Shown here piece by piece: positions 41,286 to 50,691 of a stretch of DNA of 64,000 bases; position 1 is the stretch's first letter, and each line of letters opens with the position of its first letter. The notes beneath the pieces were generated by a model. It was not told the origin of the DNA and made no database searches. It was given only the letters and a program-made list of their open reading frames with translations. The position numbers and the translations under genes were made by a program. Source of the stretch: a virus (Duplodnaviria > Caudoviricetes); the IMG/VR virus record IMGVR_UViG_3300031555_003590, positions 96,001 through 160,000 of that record, one strand, 5' to 3'.

Positions 41286-42410
41286 ATGATTACATTAGAT
41301 TGCAAATATAATCAAATTAAAGTATTTGCTGATGAAATTGAATTAGGTGCTGAAAATCAACTTAGAGCTATGTGTGAGCAACCTTTTATGAAAGGTAGTA
41401 AAATTAGAATTATGCCTGATGTGCATCCTGGTAAAGGATCTGTTGTTGGAACTACTATGACAATTAATGATTATGTAATTCCATATGTTACTGGGTCAGA
41501 TTCAAGTTGTGGATTACTAACAGTACAATTGAAGGAGAAAAGAATTAATCTTCCTGAACTTGATAGTTTCATTCGTCAAAATATTCCTCATGGTAGAGAT
41601 GTTCGAGATCGCCCTCATAGAAGTCATGGTAGAATTGATTTATCTGAATTAAAATGTTATAAGAAAATTGATACCAGAAGAGCTAAAGAAAGTTTAGGAA
41701 CATTAGGAGGGGGAAATCATTTTATTGAAATTGATAAAGATGATGAAGAAAATTTATATTTAGTAATTCATACTGGAAGTAGAAATATGGGTTTAAGAGT
41801 TTCGGATTTTTATCAAAATAAAGCATATAATTCTATTGGAGGTAAGAAACAAATTGAAATTCCATATGAATTAGCTCCACTAACTGGTCAAAATATGCAA
41901 GATTATTTAGCTGATATGGAATTTATGAATAGATTTGCTACTCTAAATAGAAGAATTATCAAAGAAGTAATTCTAGATGGTATGAAACTTCATGAAGTAG
42001 ATTCATTTGAAACTATTCATAACTATATCGATGTTGAAAATATGATTCTACGTAAAGGTGCAGTGTCAGCTAAAGCTGGTGAGAGATTAATTATTCCAAT
42101 GAATATGCACGATGGTAGTTTAATTTGTACTGGTCTTGGTAATGAAGATTGGAATTATTCTGCTCCTCATGGTGCTGGTCGTTTATATAGTAGAAAGGAA
42201 TCTGAAAATCATTTTACTCTATCAGAATTTAAGAAAGAAATGGAAGGAATCTTTACAACTTCAGTTACACAAGATACTTTAGATGAGTCTCCAATGGTAT
42301 ATAAACCAATGGAAAGTATTCTCAGAAATATTGATGAAACTGTAAAAGTTGAAAAGATTATTCGACCAATTTACAATTTTAAAGCTAGTGAACATGTTAA
42401 ACGTAAATAG
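41286..42410 (+). CDS. rtcB: RtcB family RNA ligase
   Basis: MPDVHPGKG, DSSCG, GTLGGGNHFIE, IHTGSR, HNY, RKGA, HGAGR, DESPMVYK. Confidence 0.95.
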   Translation: MITLDCKYNQIKVFADEIELGAENQLRAMCEQPFMKGSKIRIMPDVHPGKGSVVGTTMTINDYVIPYVTGSDSSCGLLTVQLKEKRINLPELDSFIRQNIPHGRDVRDRPHRSHGRIDLSELKCYKKIDTRRAKESLGTLGGGNHFIEIDKDDEENLYLVIHTGSRNMGLRVSDFYQNKAYNSIGGKKQIEIPYELAPLTGQNMQDYLADMEFMNRFATLNRRIIKEVILDGMKLHEVDSFETIHNYIDVENMILRKGAVSAKAGERLIIPMNMHDGSLICTGLGNEDWNYSAPHGAGRLYSRKESENHFTLSEFKKEMEGIFTTSVTQDTLDESPMVYKPMESILRNIDETVKVEKIIRPIYNFKASEHVKRK

Positions 42411-42421
42411 GAGAAAGGAAA

Positions 42422-43009
42422 ATGATCTATCAAATCAGTTCCGGCCAAGGACCTGCCGAGTGCGAGCTTGGCGTGGCTAAGTTCCTTGGCTATCTGCAAA
42501 ATCACTATGAGATTACCGTGCTGGACTACTCAAGCGGATATCATCCGGATACATACCGCTCGGTGCGCTTCTCTACACCGGACGATCTGAGCGGCTATAT
42601 CGGTTCTGTCCAATGGGTCTGGCAAAGCAGCTACCGTCCCGGGCACAAGCGCAAAAACTGGTTTCTGGATTTCAGCGAGTGTTCATCCGTTATTCCGGAA
42701 ACCTTTGACGAAAGGCAGATCACCTTTGAAACCTTTCGCTCCGGCGGCAAAGGCGGCCAGAACGTCAACAAGGTCGAAACCGGAGTACGCGCAATCTATG
42801 CCTCGACTGGGCTGAGTTCTGTCTGCACCGAGGAACGCAGTCAATTTCAAAACAAGCAGCGTGCCATCGAAAAGCTGAGAGCCGCGATCAAGCTGGAAAA
42901 TGAGCAGCGCAAGGCACAGAACACAAATGATACATGGAAACGCCATACACAAATTGTACGTGGTGAAGCTAATAATAAATTTTATGGTATTGATTTTAAA
43001 ATACAATAA
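42422..43009 (+). CDS. prfH: Peptide chain release factor H
   Basis: QISSGQGPAECE, HKRKNWF, RSGGKGGQNVNK, EERSQFQNK; directly after rtcB. Confidence 0.92.
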   Translation: MIYQISSGQGPAECELGVAKFLGYLQNHYEITVLDYSSGYHPDTYRSVRFSTPDDLSGYIGSVQWVWQSSYRPGHKRKNWFLDFSECSSVIPETFDERQITFETFRSGGKGGQNVNKVETGVRAIYASTGLSSVCTEERSQFQNKQRAIEKLRAAIKLENEQRKAQNTNDTWKRHTQIVRGEANNKFYGIDFKIQ

Positions 43010-43151
43010 TAAATTTATTATTATCATTAACTAAATAATACGATCTTTCTTCCAATAATAGTATAGTATCAAAAAATAAATATATATTATTATAGTAGGA
43101 ATTAAAAGATAAATATTTAATATTTCTTATAGAAAGGAGGAAGGATCAATT

Positions 43152-43532
43152 ATGCTTATCGAATTCCTAAATCAAGTTACAGTTGATAAAGTTCCATTGG
43201 TTGAAAATATTAGATTAAATATTCAACCATTGTCTCATCAACTGCGATTGAAAGCAATCTATCTAAATGGTGAAAATAAAACACCAGTAGATTTTGTTGT
43301 ATTCAATTGGACACCTAAGCTAGATAAGCTTCAATTGGCCATTTTGATATATGGCAAAGAATTAACCACAGGCACAGAATTTCATTGTAAGTTATCATAT
43401 GATATATTCCGAAAACATATGAAGCTTAGTGGAAGGATTGCTGGCAAAGATGTTAAAATAACAATTGCTAGCATGAAAGAGTTTCTAGAAATTCCTAGAT
43501 ATATCACAAATCAATTTTATGGAGGTATGTAA
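43152..43532 (+). CDS. Hypothetical early protein
   Basis: Promoter motif at 43081; AAGGAGG RBS. Confidence 0.55.
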   Translation: MLIEFLNQVTVDKVPLVENIRLNIQPLSHQLRLKAIYLNGENKTPVDFVVFNWTPKLDKLQLAILIYGKELTTGTEFHCKLSYDIFRKHMKLSGRIAGKDVKITIASMKEFLEIPRYITNQFYGGM

Positions 43533-43534
43533 AA

Positions 43535-44230
43535 ATGTCTAAGTTCACCAAAGAAAGAATCGCAGAGATCGATACTATGATTAGTAAAACCATTCCCCAG
43601 GCTATGACTAAAGGTTGCACTCTGGAAGAGTACCATGAACATCGAGTTACCTTGACTCTTACTGTGATTCAGGCACTCTTTGGCGCGGATTATATTAAGC
43701 CTAAGAAAGAAGGGAAGCCCCTCATTGCAAAATTAAAGCATAAGATTGCTGATCGTGAAGACGTTAATACCATCACTCGTATGATTGATGAATTCGTTGG
43801 TACAGTTGAAGTTCCTTATCTGAATAGCATTTCAGGAAATACTAATGCTGATGATGATATGGATATTCCTGCTACCACAACTCCGGTTGTTTCTAGACTT
43901 CCCAAACTTGATAAGATCAATAGTAAGAGCCTGAGTGAATATCTCTTTGGACCTTCTGGAGTTAGCAAGATTCTTATCAGTGGTCTTGATGTAATTGAAC
44001 TTGCAGCTGTTGCTGAAAAAGTCAAAAAGATCAATACTCGCAACAATATGATTCTTATTGGTTCTGCTGTACTTATTGGTGTTGGTATCGGTGTTGGCAT
44101 CAACATGTACAGAAAGTCTAAGAATGATGATATCGATGTCGATAACATTGATGTTGATGATGTCGAAGTTGACGTTGATGACGTTGAAGTTGATGTTGAT
44201 GATGTACCTGTAGTAAATCTTGATGAATAA
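43535..44230 (+). CDS. Membrane-anchored protein with acidic repeat tail
   Basis: Hydrophobic ILIGSAVLIGVGIGVGI then DIDVDNIDVDDVEVDVDDVEVDVDD. Confidence 0.6.
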   Translation: MSKFTKERIAEIDTMISKTIPQAMTKGCTLEEYHEHRVTLTLTVIQALFGADYIKPKKEGKPLIAKLKHKIADREDVNTITRMIDEFVGTVEVPYLNSISGNTNADDDMDIPATTTPVVSRLPKLDKINSKSLSEYLFGPSGVSKILISGLDVIELAAVAEKVKKINTRNNMILIGSAVLIGVGIGVGINMYRKSKNDDIDVDNIDVDDVEVDVDDVEVDVDDVPVVNLDE

Positions 44231-44233
44231 TAT

Positions 44234-44270
44234 AAAGAAGGGAATCCATAATGGATTCCCTTTCTTTTTT
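44234..44270 (+). terminator. Intrinsic terminator
   Basis: AAGGGAATCCAT...ATGGATTCCCTT plus T run. Confidence 0.8.
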
Positions 44271-44334
44271 ATATGTTTATTAAACTAGATTATAAATTTC
44301 TATATATGTTTCAATAAAGGTGGTGAATAATTAG

Positions 44335-44793
44335 ATGGAAAATTATCTAAAACTAGGTATTGGATATGATACTACATTTGAATTAAATGAATTTAATGAA
44401 CCTAGAATTAGAAGTGAAATTGAATTAATTAAAGATGTAATTCTTTTTATATTATTTGCTAAACCTGGACAATATCCATCACTTCCACATATTGGATTAG
44501 ATTTACAAGGTATGTTATATTCATTTTATGATGAAATAAATGAAAATGATTTAAAATTTAAAATTAAAGAGCAATGTGAAGCAATGGGAGTATTTTTTAG
44601 TGATGGTACAGTACAAATTAAAAAAATTAAATATAGAAGTCAGCCATCATTATTAATTTCTATTTCAGGAACAGAATCATATCCAGATGGATATATGAAA
44701 GATCATATTGGTGTATCAAATGAATATTTAATTGGTATTACATACGATGAACTGAATAATATGATCTATAATATTAATAGTGGAGGAGGTTAA
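44335..44793 (+). CDS. Baseplate wedge protein, T4 gp25-like
   Basis: IKDVILFILFAKPGQYPSLPHIGLDL matches the gp25/GpW pattern. Confidence 0.6.
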   Translation: MENYLKLGIGYDTTFELNEFNEPRIRSEIELIKDVILFILFAKPGQYPSLPHIGLDLQGMLYSFYDEINENDLKFKIKEQCEAMGVFFSDGTVQIKKIKYRSQPSLLISISGTESYPDGYMKDHIGVSNEYLIGITYDELNNMIYNINSGGG

Positions 44794-44796
44794 TAA

Positions 44797-45522
44797 ATGG
44801 CTGTAGCTAATAGAGAATATATTGAAAAATTAATTTATGATGTTTATGATCAGCTAGATCCTTCTGGTACTAATACAAATAAAATGAAATCATTATTTCA
44901 ACCAATGTCAGATAAGGAATTTGAAAAATATATGAAAGAATTTTTATCTAATGATGATGAAAATTTTATTTTGGATATTGTTGAATTTGAGAATGATTTA
45001 AAGATGAAAAATTGTGAAAATGCTGCAAAGGTATTAGATATTCCATTAATGGAATATGTATATATGCCACATCTTACAATGGATAAATCTAGAGTAATAG
45101 TATCAAAGGAAAAATGTTTAGTATCATATCTTAATGTAAAACGAACACAACAATTCCTTCATAAAAAGAATGGATTAACTGTATCAAATGAAAAAATATC
45201 TGCTACTACTGGTCAAGTTGTTAATAAAGATAAGAATGCTAGAGATAGTGATATTGAAGCATCTATGTTAGTATCTTTAGGAGCAGATAAAATTTTACAA
45301 GAATTACATGGTCCAAGAGCAGATGACCCAGTTATGAGAAGAGAAATGGATCAATCTATTGCAACTAAAGGATATGTAATGCTAGATGAATTAACTAATC
45401 TATCTACTAATAAAGTAACTTTAAATACAATTAATGCATATTTATTATCAATGCATTTAGATTCTGATTTAGTTACTGATACATTAATTCTTCCTAAGAC
45501 AAGTGCAGAACTATTTGAATAA
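44797..45522 (+). CDS. rpoB: Virion RNAP beta C-terminal subunit
   Basis: TGQVVNKDKNARDSDIEASMLVSLGADKILQELHGPRADD aligns with the RpoB C-terminal [31 protein letters not shown]. Virion assignment is from the structural-gene context. Confidence 0.7.
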   Translation: MAVANREYIEKLIYDVYDQLDPSGTNTNKMKSLFQPMSDKEFEKYMKEFLSNDDENFILDIVEFENDLKMKNCENAAKVLDIPLMEYVYMPHLTMDKSRVIVSKEKCLVSYLNVKRTQQFLHKKNGLTVSNEKISATTGQVVNKDKNARDSDIEASMLVSLGADKILQELHGPRADDPVMRREMDQSIATKGYVMLDELTNLSTNKVTLNTINAYLLSMHLDSDLVTDTLILPKTSAELFE

Positions 45523-45558
45523 TATTATAATTTATTAATAAAAAGGAGATGTTAAATA

Positions 45559-46065
45559 ATGTTATCTATTCAAGTTTTAGGTTCAGGTTTAATTCCCCGT
45601 GGGTATGGTATTGCACCACGTAAAGAATTTTTTAAAGCTGATTTAAATTTAATTACTACTATTCTTAGTACTAACGGTTTAAAGGTTAATATGAAAACTC
45701 CTGATGGTAAGATCATTCCTCTAAACAATAGTAATGTGAAGAAAATGTGGGATAAGTATCGTTCTGATAATATTCAATCTGTTAAGAAGAATGTAGAAAC
45801 TCCTAAATCTCCTGTTGCTCCTGTAGTTGAACCTCCTAAAGCACCTGAAGTTACAAATGTTCCTCCAGTAGTAACTCCTCCAGTAGATCCTGTTAAACCT
45901 AATGAATCTAAGGTAGAGGAACCTAAGGTTGAAGTAGTTAAACAAGAGGAGAAGAAAGTTGAAGAAAAGAAGGAAGAGAAAGTAGAAACTCCAGCTTCTG
46001 CTCCTATTAAACCTGTTATTAATGATAATAAAGGAAATAATAATCAAAATAATAATAAAAAATAA
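45559..46065 (+). CDS. Hypothetical protein with Pro/Glu/Lys-rich tail
   Basis: 168 aa; AAGGAG RBS. Confidence 0.55.
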   Translation: MLSIQVLGSGLIPRGYGIAPRKEFFKADLNLITTILSTNGLKVNMKTPDGKIIPLNNSNVKKMWDKYRSDNIQSVKKNVETPKSPVAPVVEPPKAPEVTNVPPVVTPPVDPVKPNESKVEEPKVEVVKQEEKKVEEKKEEKVETPASAPIKPVINDNKGNNNQNNNKK

Positions 46066-46184
46066 TATAGGGAATATAGGAGTGGGATTAATCCCACTCC
46101 TATATTTTTTAATGATATATTTTTTACTAGGACATTAACAAAAATGTATCAAAAGTTATATTTTATATAGGAGGAATGTGATTT

Positions 46185-48320
46185 ATGAATAGTGATGTTT
46201 TATATTCATTACCAACAATACGTACTGTAGCTGATTGCGAACGAGAATTTCCTGATGTAATTATTATTTCTCGTTATAATACGTATGAAAAATTTGATGA
46301 ATTATATTATAAGGTATACTATGCAATTTGTGCTTGTATTGAAATTCCTGATTGTGTTAGTTATAAAATTAAATTTAAATTCTATCCAGAAGATGATTGT
46401 ATTTATGAATTATCAATGCCAAAATTCTTATTAAATCTCAACTCATGGAGACCATTAATTGAACTTAATAGCATTGCTCATTATTATACTAAACATATTG
46501 AGATTCTAGATGAGAGTTTTATTGTTGGTATTATGATGAGTGATAAAGTTAGAATTGGATTAGAATCAAGAGTAGTTCAGATTTTAAATGATTATGGTAT
46601 TCCGTTTGAAAGAGTTTCTGAATTGTTAAAGACTGTAATTGAAAGATATCAAGAAGCATCAATTGAATTTGCAATTACTGATAAACATTCAATTATGACA
46701 TTTGAAAGTGTATTTTTAAATGACTATAGAAATTCTACTAAACTCCAAGAACTTAATAATTTAGAAATTTCTCAAAATTTACAGACTGCTGATGTAGAAG
46801 AGTTATTAAGACAAAAGACAAATGAATTGATTACAGAATTAGGTAGAACAAAAAATCCGATTTGGTATATATCTAAAGCAGGAAACCATATTAAACCTAA
46901 ACAAGTTCAAGAGTTATTTATTTCATATGGACAGATTCCTGATGTATCCGGTAATGTTATTCCATATACTATGAAAGGAAATGGGTTTGCTACTGGTTAT
47001 GTAGATCCTACTACTTATTATATTGCTGCAACCGGTGCTCGTCTATCTGCTATTATGAATAAAGCACATATGGGTGAAGCTGGTTATTTATCTAGAAACT
47101 TAATTCTTGCTAGTAGAACTATGACATTATCTAAAACTGTATTTGATTGTGGTACAAAACATTTATTACCTTTATTTGTAAAAGATAGTACATTTCTTCA
47201 TAGATTGGAAAATAAATGGTATACAGAACACCTAGGTGGATCTTTAAAGTTAATTCACTATGAAGACTGTAAACATTTAATTGGAAAAACTATTTATGTT
47301 AGATCCCTAATTACTTGTGCTGGTGGAGATGAAGTATGTCATGTTTGTTATGGAAAGGATAGTCATTTAGTTATGAATATGCCAGGTATGGCTATTTTCA
47401 ATACTGAAGTATATTCTGAACCTGTATCACAAAATATTCTATCTACTAAACATTTATTATTTACTGCAGCAAATAAAATTGGATTTAGTAATTCATTTGA
47501 TAAGTATTTTAAATTTAATGCTGGAGATGTTTATTTAAAAGAATTAGATGAATGGGATACTTCTATTCCTACTAATGGATTATCTATTCGAATTGAAGAA
47601 GGAAATGTAATTCCGGTTAATAAAAATGATATGATTGATTATAATACATTTGGCAATCATATTGAATCTCCATTCTTTGTATATAATGAAAATACTAAAG
47701 AATATGATAAAATTGAAATCATTAATTATGAATCAATGTTTATTGATTCTGAATCAATGAAATCATTTAAACTTATTACTGATAAAAAAGACAATAAAAC
47801 TTATTATGAAATTCCACTTGATACATTATCTACTGAATTAGAAGGACGATTAATGTCTATTGATATTAAGAATAATGGTTTAACTGATAATTTATATATG
47901 ATTATGAATCTTCTTAATAAAGATGCTAGCAAGTATGATAATTATAGTCAACTAGCTCAAGATTTCTTTGAAACTTTAATTAATGCTGGTATACGTTGTA
48001 GACATGTACAAGCTGAAGTTATTCTTAACAGATTAATTAGAGATGCTAATGATATTTATAAACGTCCCGATTTTACTAAATTTGAAAATCCTGAATATAA
48101 AATTTTAACATTGAATCAAGCATTACTTAATACTAAAGCTCCTACTATTGGTATGTCTTATCAAGAATTAAAGAGACAGATTCTTAGTGATGCATTATAT
48201 GAAGAGAAAGACGGATCTTCTTATCTTGATAGCATGTATGCTAATGAAATTAATACCAATAGACTAAAAGAGCTTATTAAAACTAAAAGAAAAGAGAGGT
48301 TAAATTATGGAAAACAATAA
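46185..48320 (+). CDS. rpoC: RNAP beta' C-terminal subunit (probably non-virion)
   Basis: MGEAGYLSRNL (bridge helix), DCGT, RSLITC..VCHVCYG, SEPVSQNILSTKH (trigger loop). Confidence 0.88.
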   Translation: MNSDVLYSLPTIRTVADCEREFPDVIIISRYNTYEKFDELYYKVYYAICACIEIPDCVSYKIKFKFYPEDDCIYELSMPKFLLNLNSWRPLIELNSIAHYYTKHIEILDESFIVGIMMSDKVRIGLESRVVQILNDYGIPFERVSELLKTVIERYQEASIEFAITDKHSIMTFESVFLNDYRNSTKLQELNNLEISQNLQTADVEELLRQKTNELITELGRTKNPIWYISKAGNHIKPKQVQELFISYGQIPDVSGNVIPYTMKGNGFATGYVDPTTYYIAATGARLSAIMNKAHMGEAGYLSRNLILASRTMTLSKTVFDCGTKHLLPLFVKDSTFLHRLENKWYTEHLGGSLKLIHYEDCKHLIGKTIYVRSLITCAGGDEVCHVCYGKDSHLVMNMPGMAIFNTEVYSEPVSQNILSTKHLLFTAANKIGFSNSFDKYFKFNAGDVYLKELDEWDTSIPTNGLSIRIEEGNVIPVNKNDMIDYNTFGNHIESPFFVYNENTKEYDKIEIINYESMFIDSESMKSFKLITDKKDNKTYYEIPLDTLSTELEGRLMSIDIKNNGLTDNLYMIMNLLNKDASKYDNYSQLAQDFFETLINAGIRCRHVQAEVILNRLIRDANDIYKRPDFTKFENPEYKILTLNQALLNTKAPTIGMSYQELKRQILSDALYEEKDGSSYLDSMYANEINTNRLKELIKTKRKERLNYGKQ

Positions 48321-48819
48321 TCCTTTTAATGATACTATTGATTCATTAAAAAGAACTGCTAAACAAGTAGATGAGTATACTCGTAAAAAAGATGCAGAAG
48401 AAAATGAAACTCCTATAAATAATGAAGAGAAAAATACAAATCCTAGTTTTGTATTATATGATGCAATTGCAACTAGTTCTATATCTTTACTAGAAGATAG
48501 TGAAGTAGTTAAAACTTTTAAGAAAATTGCTGAAAATGTTGGAGAAGATATTTCTAAAAGTCTAGTAGAATTGATGGCTATTGTAATGACCCAATCAGCT
48601 TATCATGCAATTATTTTCTATGATAAACTATTGAAAAAAGAGTTGGATATTCAGTTTAATCATATTGCAGAAAATATGAATATTCTTAAAGCTGATACTG
48701 ATGGGCATCATGAAGTATTAAAAGTATTTAAGAAACAACTTGGAGATATTCAAAATAAAATTAAATTAGAAAATTTTCAAACTGAAAATAATATTAAAGC
48801 AGATCCCAATAATAACTAA
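48307..48819 (+). CDS. Hypothetical protein
   Basis: 170 aa; overlaps the end of beta'C. Confidence 0.55.
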   Translation: MENNNPFNDTIDSLKRTAKQVDEYTRKKDAEENETPINNEEKNTNPSFVLYDAIATSSISLLEDSEVVKTFKKIAENVGEDISKSLVELMAIVMTQSAYHAIIFYDKLLKKELDIQFNHIAENMNILKADTDGHHEVLKVFKKQLGDIQNKIKLENFQTENNIKADPNNN

Positions 48820-48929
48820 AGTTATTATAGTGAGGGGCTATACATGCCCCTCACTATATTTTTTATTTATATATTATACTTATATAGGATATAGCGATTA
48901 ATTTTAAAGAAAGAGATGAGGTTTATATT

Positions 48930-50687
48930 ATGAAACAAATATCATTTATTAAAAGTTTAATGCAATTTAATAAGAGAGTATTATTTCAAGGAAGTATAAA
49001 AAAGAATCATAAATATACATTTGCAGAATTAAAAAATAAATTATTCTTTAATAAAGTATTTATTAGTAATATGCAAGAAATGTTTCAGAAATATGATGTA
49101 AAAAGTATTATTCCTGAATATACTGAAGAACTTAGTCAATATATTTCTAATATAAATGATATCATCATTGCAATGTATGATGAAAAGAATTTTATTAAAT
49201 TTAGTAGAGAAAATAGTTTTGAAAGAAGATTATCTATTGAAGGAACTATTTCAAATCATGTAATTACTAAAATATTTGATAATATTAATTGTATAGATTT
49301 TAAATTTATTAATAACTATATATATTATCTGAGTTTATTTGCTAATGGACAAGTGGCAATTTCTTATGTTGATATGAGATCTGCAATATATAAAGAAGTT
49401 ATTAGTTGCCAAATGGAATATCATAAATTACATTGGAAAACAGATGATTGTATTAGAGATTATATTAGAGATACTAGTCGTGCAATTGATACAATTGCAA
49501 TTAGAGTTACTACTAGAATCAAAGATAATTCAGTATCTAAAGTAGAATATAGTGGATCTACTGAAGTAATGAGGAACTTAGTTCAAATATTTAGACCTGA
49601 TACATTAATAGTTTCAAATCCATTTATTTATGTAGATGATATTGAAATTATATTAGATAAATATATTCCTGTTATTCCAATTACAAAACCAAAATTTGAT
49701 GTATTTAAATTAGAAGATTTATTTGATAAAGATATTCTATTAGAATACCCAAATGATTCTTTTGATGAATATTTACAATTCTTAGATCTTGCATCAAAAA
49801 GTAAAAATGTAAAATCTATATATGTAACATTATACCGAATTGGAAAAGATCCAGCAATATTTTATATACTAAGAGATGCTGTACAAAGAGGAATTAAAGT
49901 ATATGCAAATATTGAATTATGTGCATCAGGTGAATCAATAAATATGATGTGGATGGATGAAATGCGTAAGGCTGGTATAATAATTACAACATATGCAGCT
50001 GGCAAATTAAAGGTTCATTGTAAATTAACATTAGTTGAATTTATTAATGGAACTAGATTAGCTCAGATTGGTACTGGAAATTATCATACTAAAACAGCTA
50101 CCCAATATACAGATTTATCATTAATTACCGGAGATGAAAATATTTGTAAACAAGTAAAGAAAATATTCAATCTATTTAGTGGTAAAAATAATCCTGATGA
50201 TCTTTATTTTGATAATTCTCTATTAGTAACTAGATATAATGCTAGAGAAGAATTACTTCGTTTAATAGATGAAGAGGGATCTAAGGGTAAAAATGGTCAT
50301 ATTGTAATTAAATGTAATTCATTAGATGATACAGAGTTTAATTTACATTTAGATCATGCTGCTAACAATGGATGTAGAATTGATTTGATTGTTAGAGGAG
50401 TATGTACATGGGTACCAAATTATGATCATGGCAATGTAATGATAAAATCTATTGTATGGGATAAACTTGAACATTCTAGAGTATTTTGTTTTGGAAATAA
50501 TAATCCTATTATTTATATTGGATCATTAGATCTAGTAACTAAGAAAATTGATAAACGAATTGAATCATTGGTATTAATTAAAGATATTGATGTAATGAGA
50601 CAATTATGTTCATATCTTAATAGGTATATAGTTAATATTAAAGATTCTTGGTTACAAACTAATACTGGAATGTATATAAAGGAGTGA
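48930..50687 (+). CDS. ppk1: Polyphosphate kinase 1-like protein
   Basis: FNKRVL, TLYR, LKVHCKL (phospho-His), IGTGNYH..YTDLSL, KCNSL, LIVRGVC, LEHSRVF, YIGSLD. Confidence 0.85.
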   Translation: MKQISFIKSLMQFNKRVLFQGSIKKNHKYTFAELKNKLFFNKVFISNMQEMFQKYDVKSIIPEYTEELSQYISNINDIIIAMYDEKNFIKFSRENSFERRLSIEGTISNHVITKIFDNINCIDFKFINNYIYYLSLFANGQVAISYVDMRSAIYKEVISCQMEYHKLHWKTDDCIRDYIRDTSRAIDTIAIRVTTRIKDNSVSKVEYSGSTEVMRNLVQIFRPDTLIVSNPFIYVDDIEIILDKYIPVIPITKPKFDVFKLEDLFDKDILLEYPNDSFDEYLQFLDLASKSKNVKSIYVTLYRIGKDPAIFYILRDAVQRGIKVYANIELCASGESINMMWMDEMRKAGIIITTYAAGKLKVHCKLTLVEFINGTRLAQIGTGNYHTKTATQYTDLSLITGDENICKQVKKIFNLFSGKNNPDDLYFDNSLLVTRYNAREELLRLIDEEGSKGKNGHIVIKCNSLDDTEFNLHLDHAANNGCRIDLIVRGVCTWVPNYDHGNVMIKSIVWDKLEHSRVFCFGNNNPIIYIGSLDLVTKKIDKRIESLVLIKDIDVMRQLCSYLNRYIVNIKDSWLQTNTGMYIKE

Positions 50688-50691
50688 TAAT

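Noticed and set aside
42683-43027. Antisense ORF in prfH and other short antisense or overlapping track ORFs (e.g. 2276, 6209, 8139, 8157, 31885, 45721, 54014-55264)
   Set aside because: Shadows of real genes caused by codon bias; no RBS or motifs.
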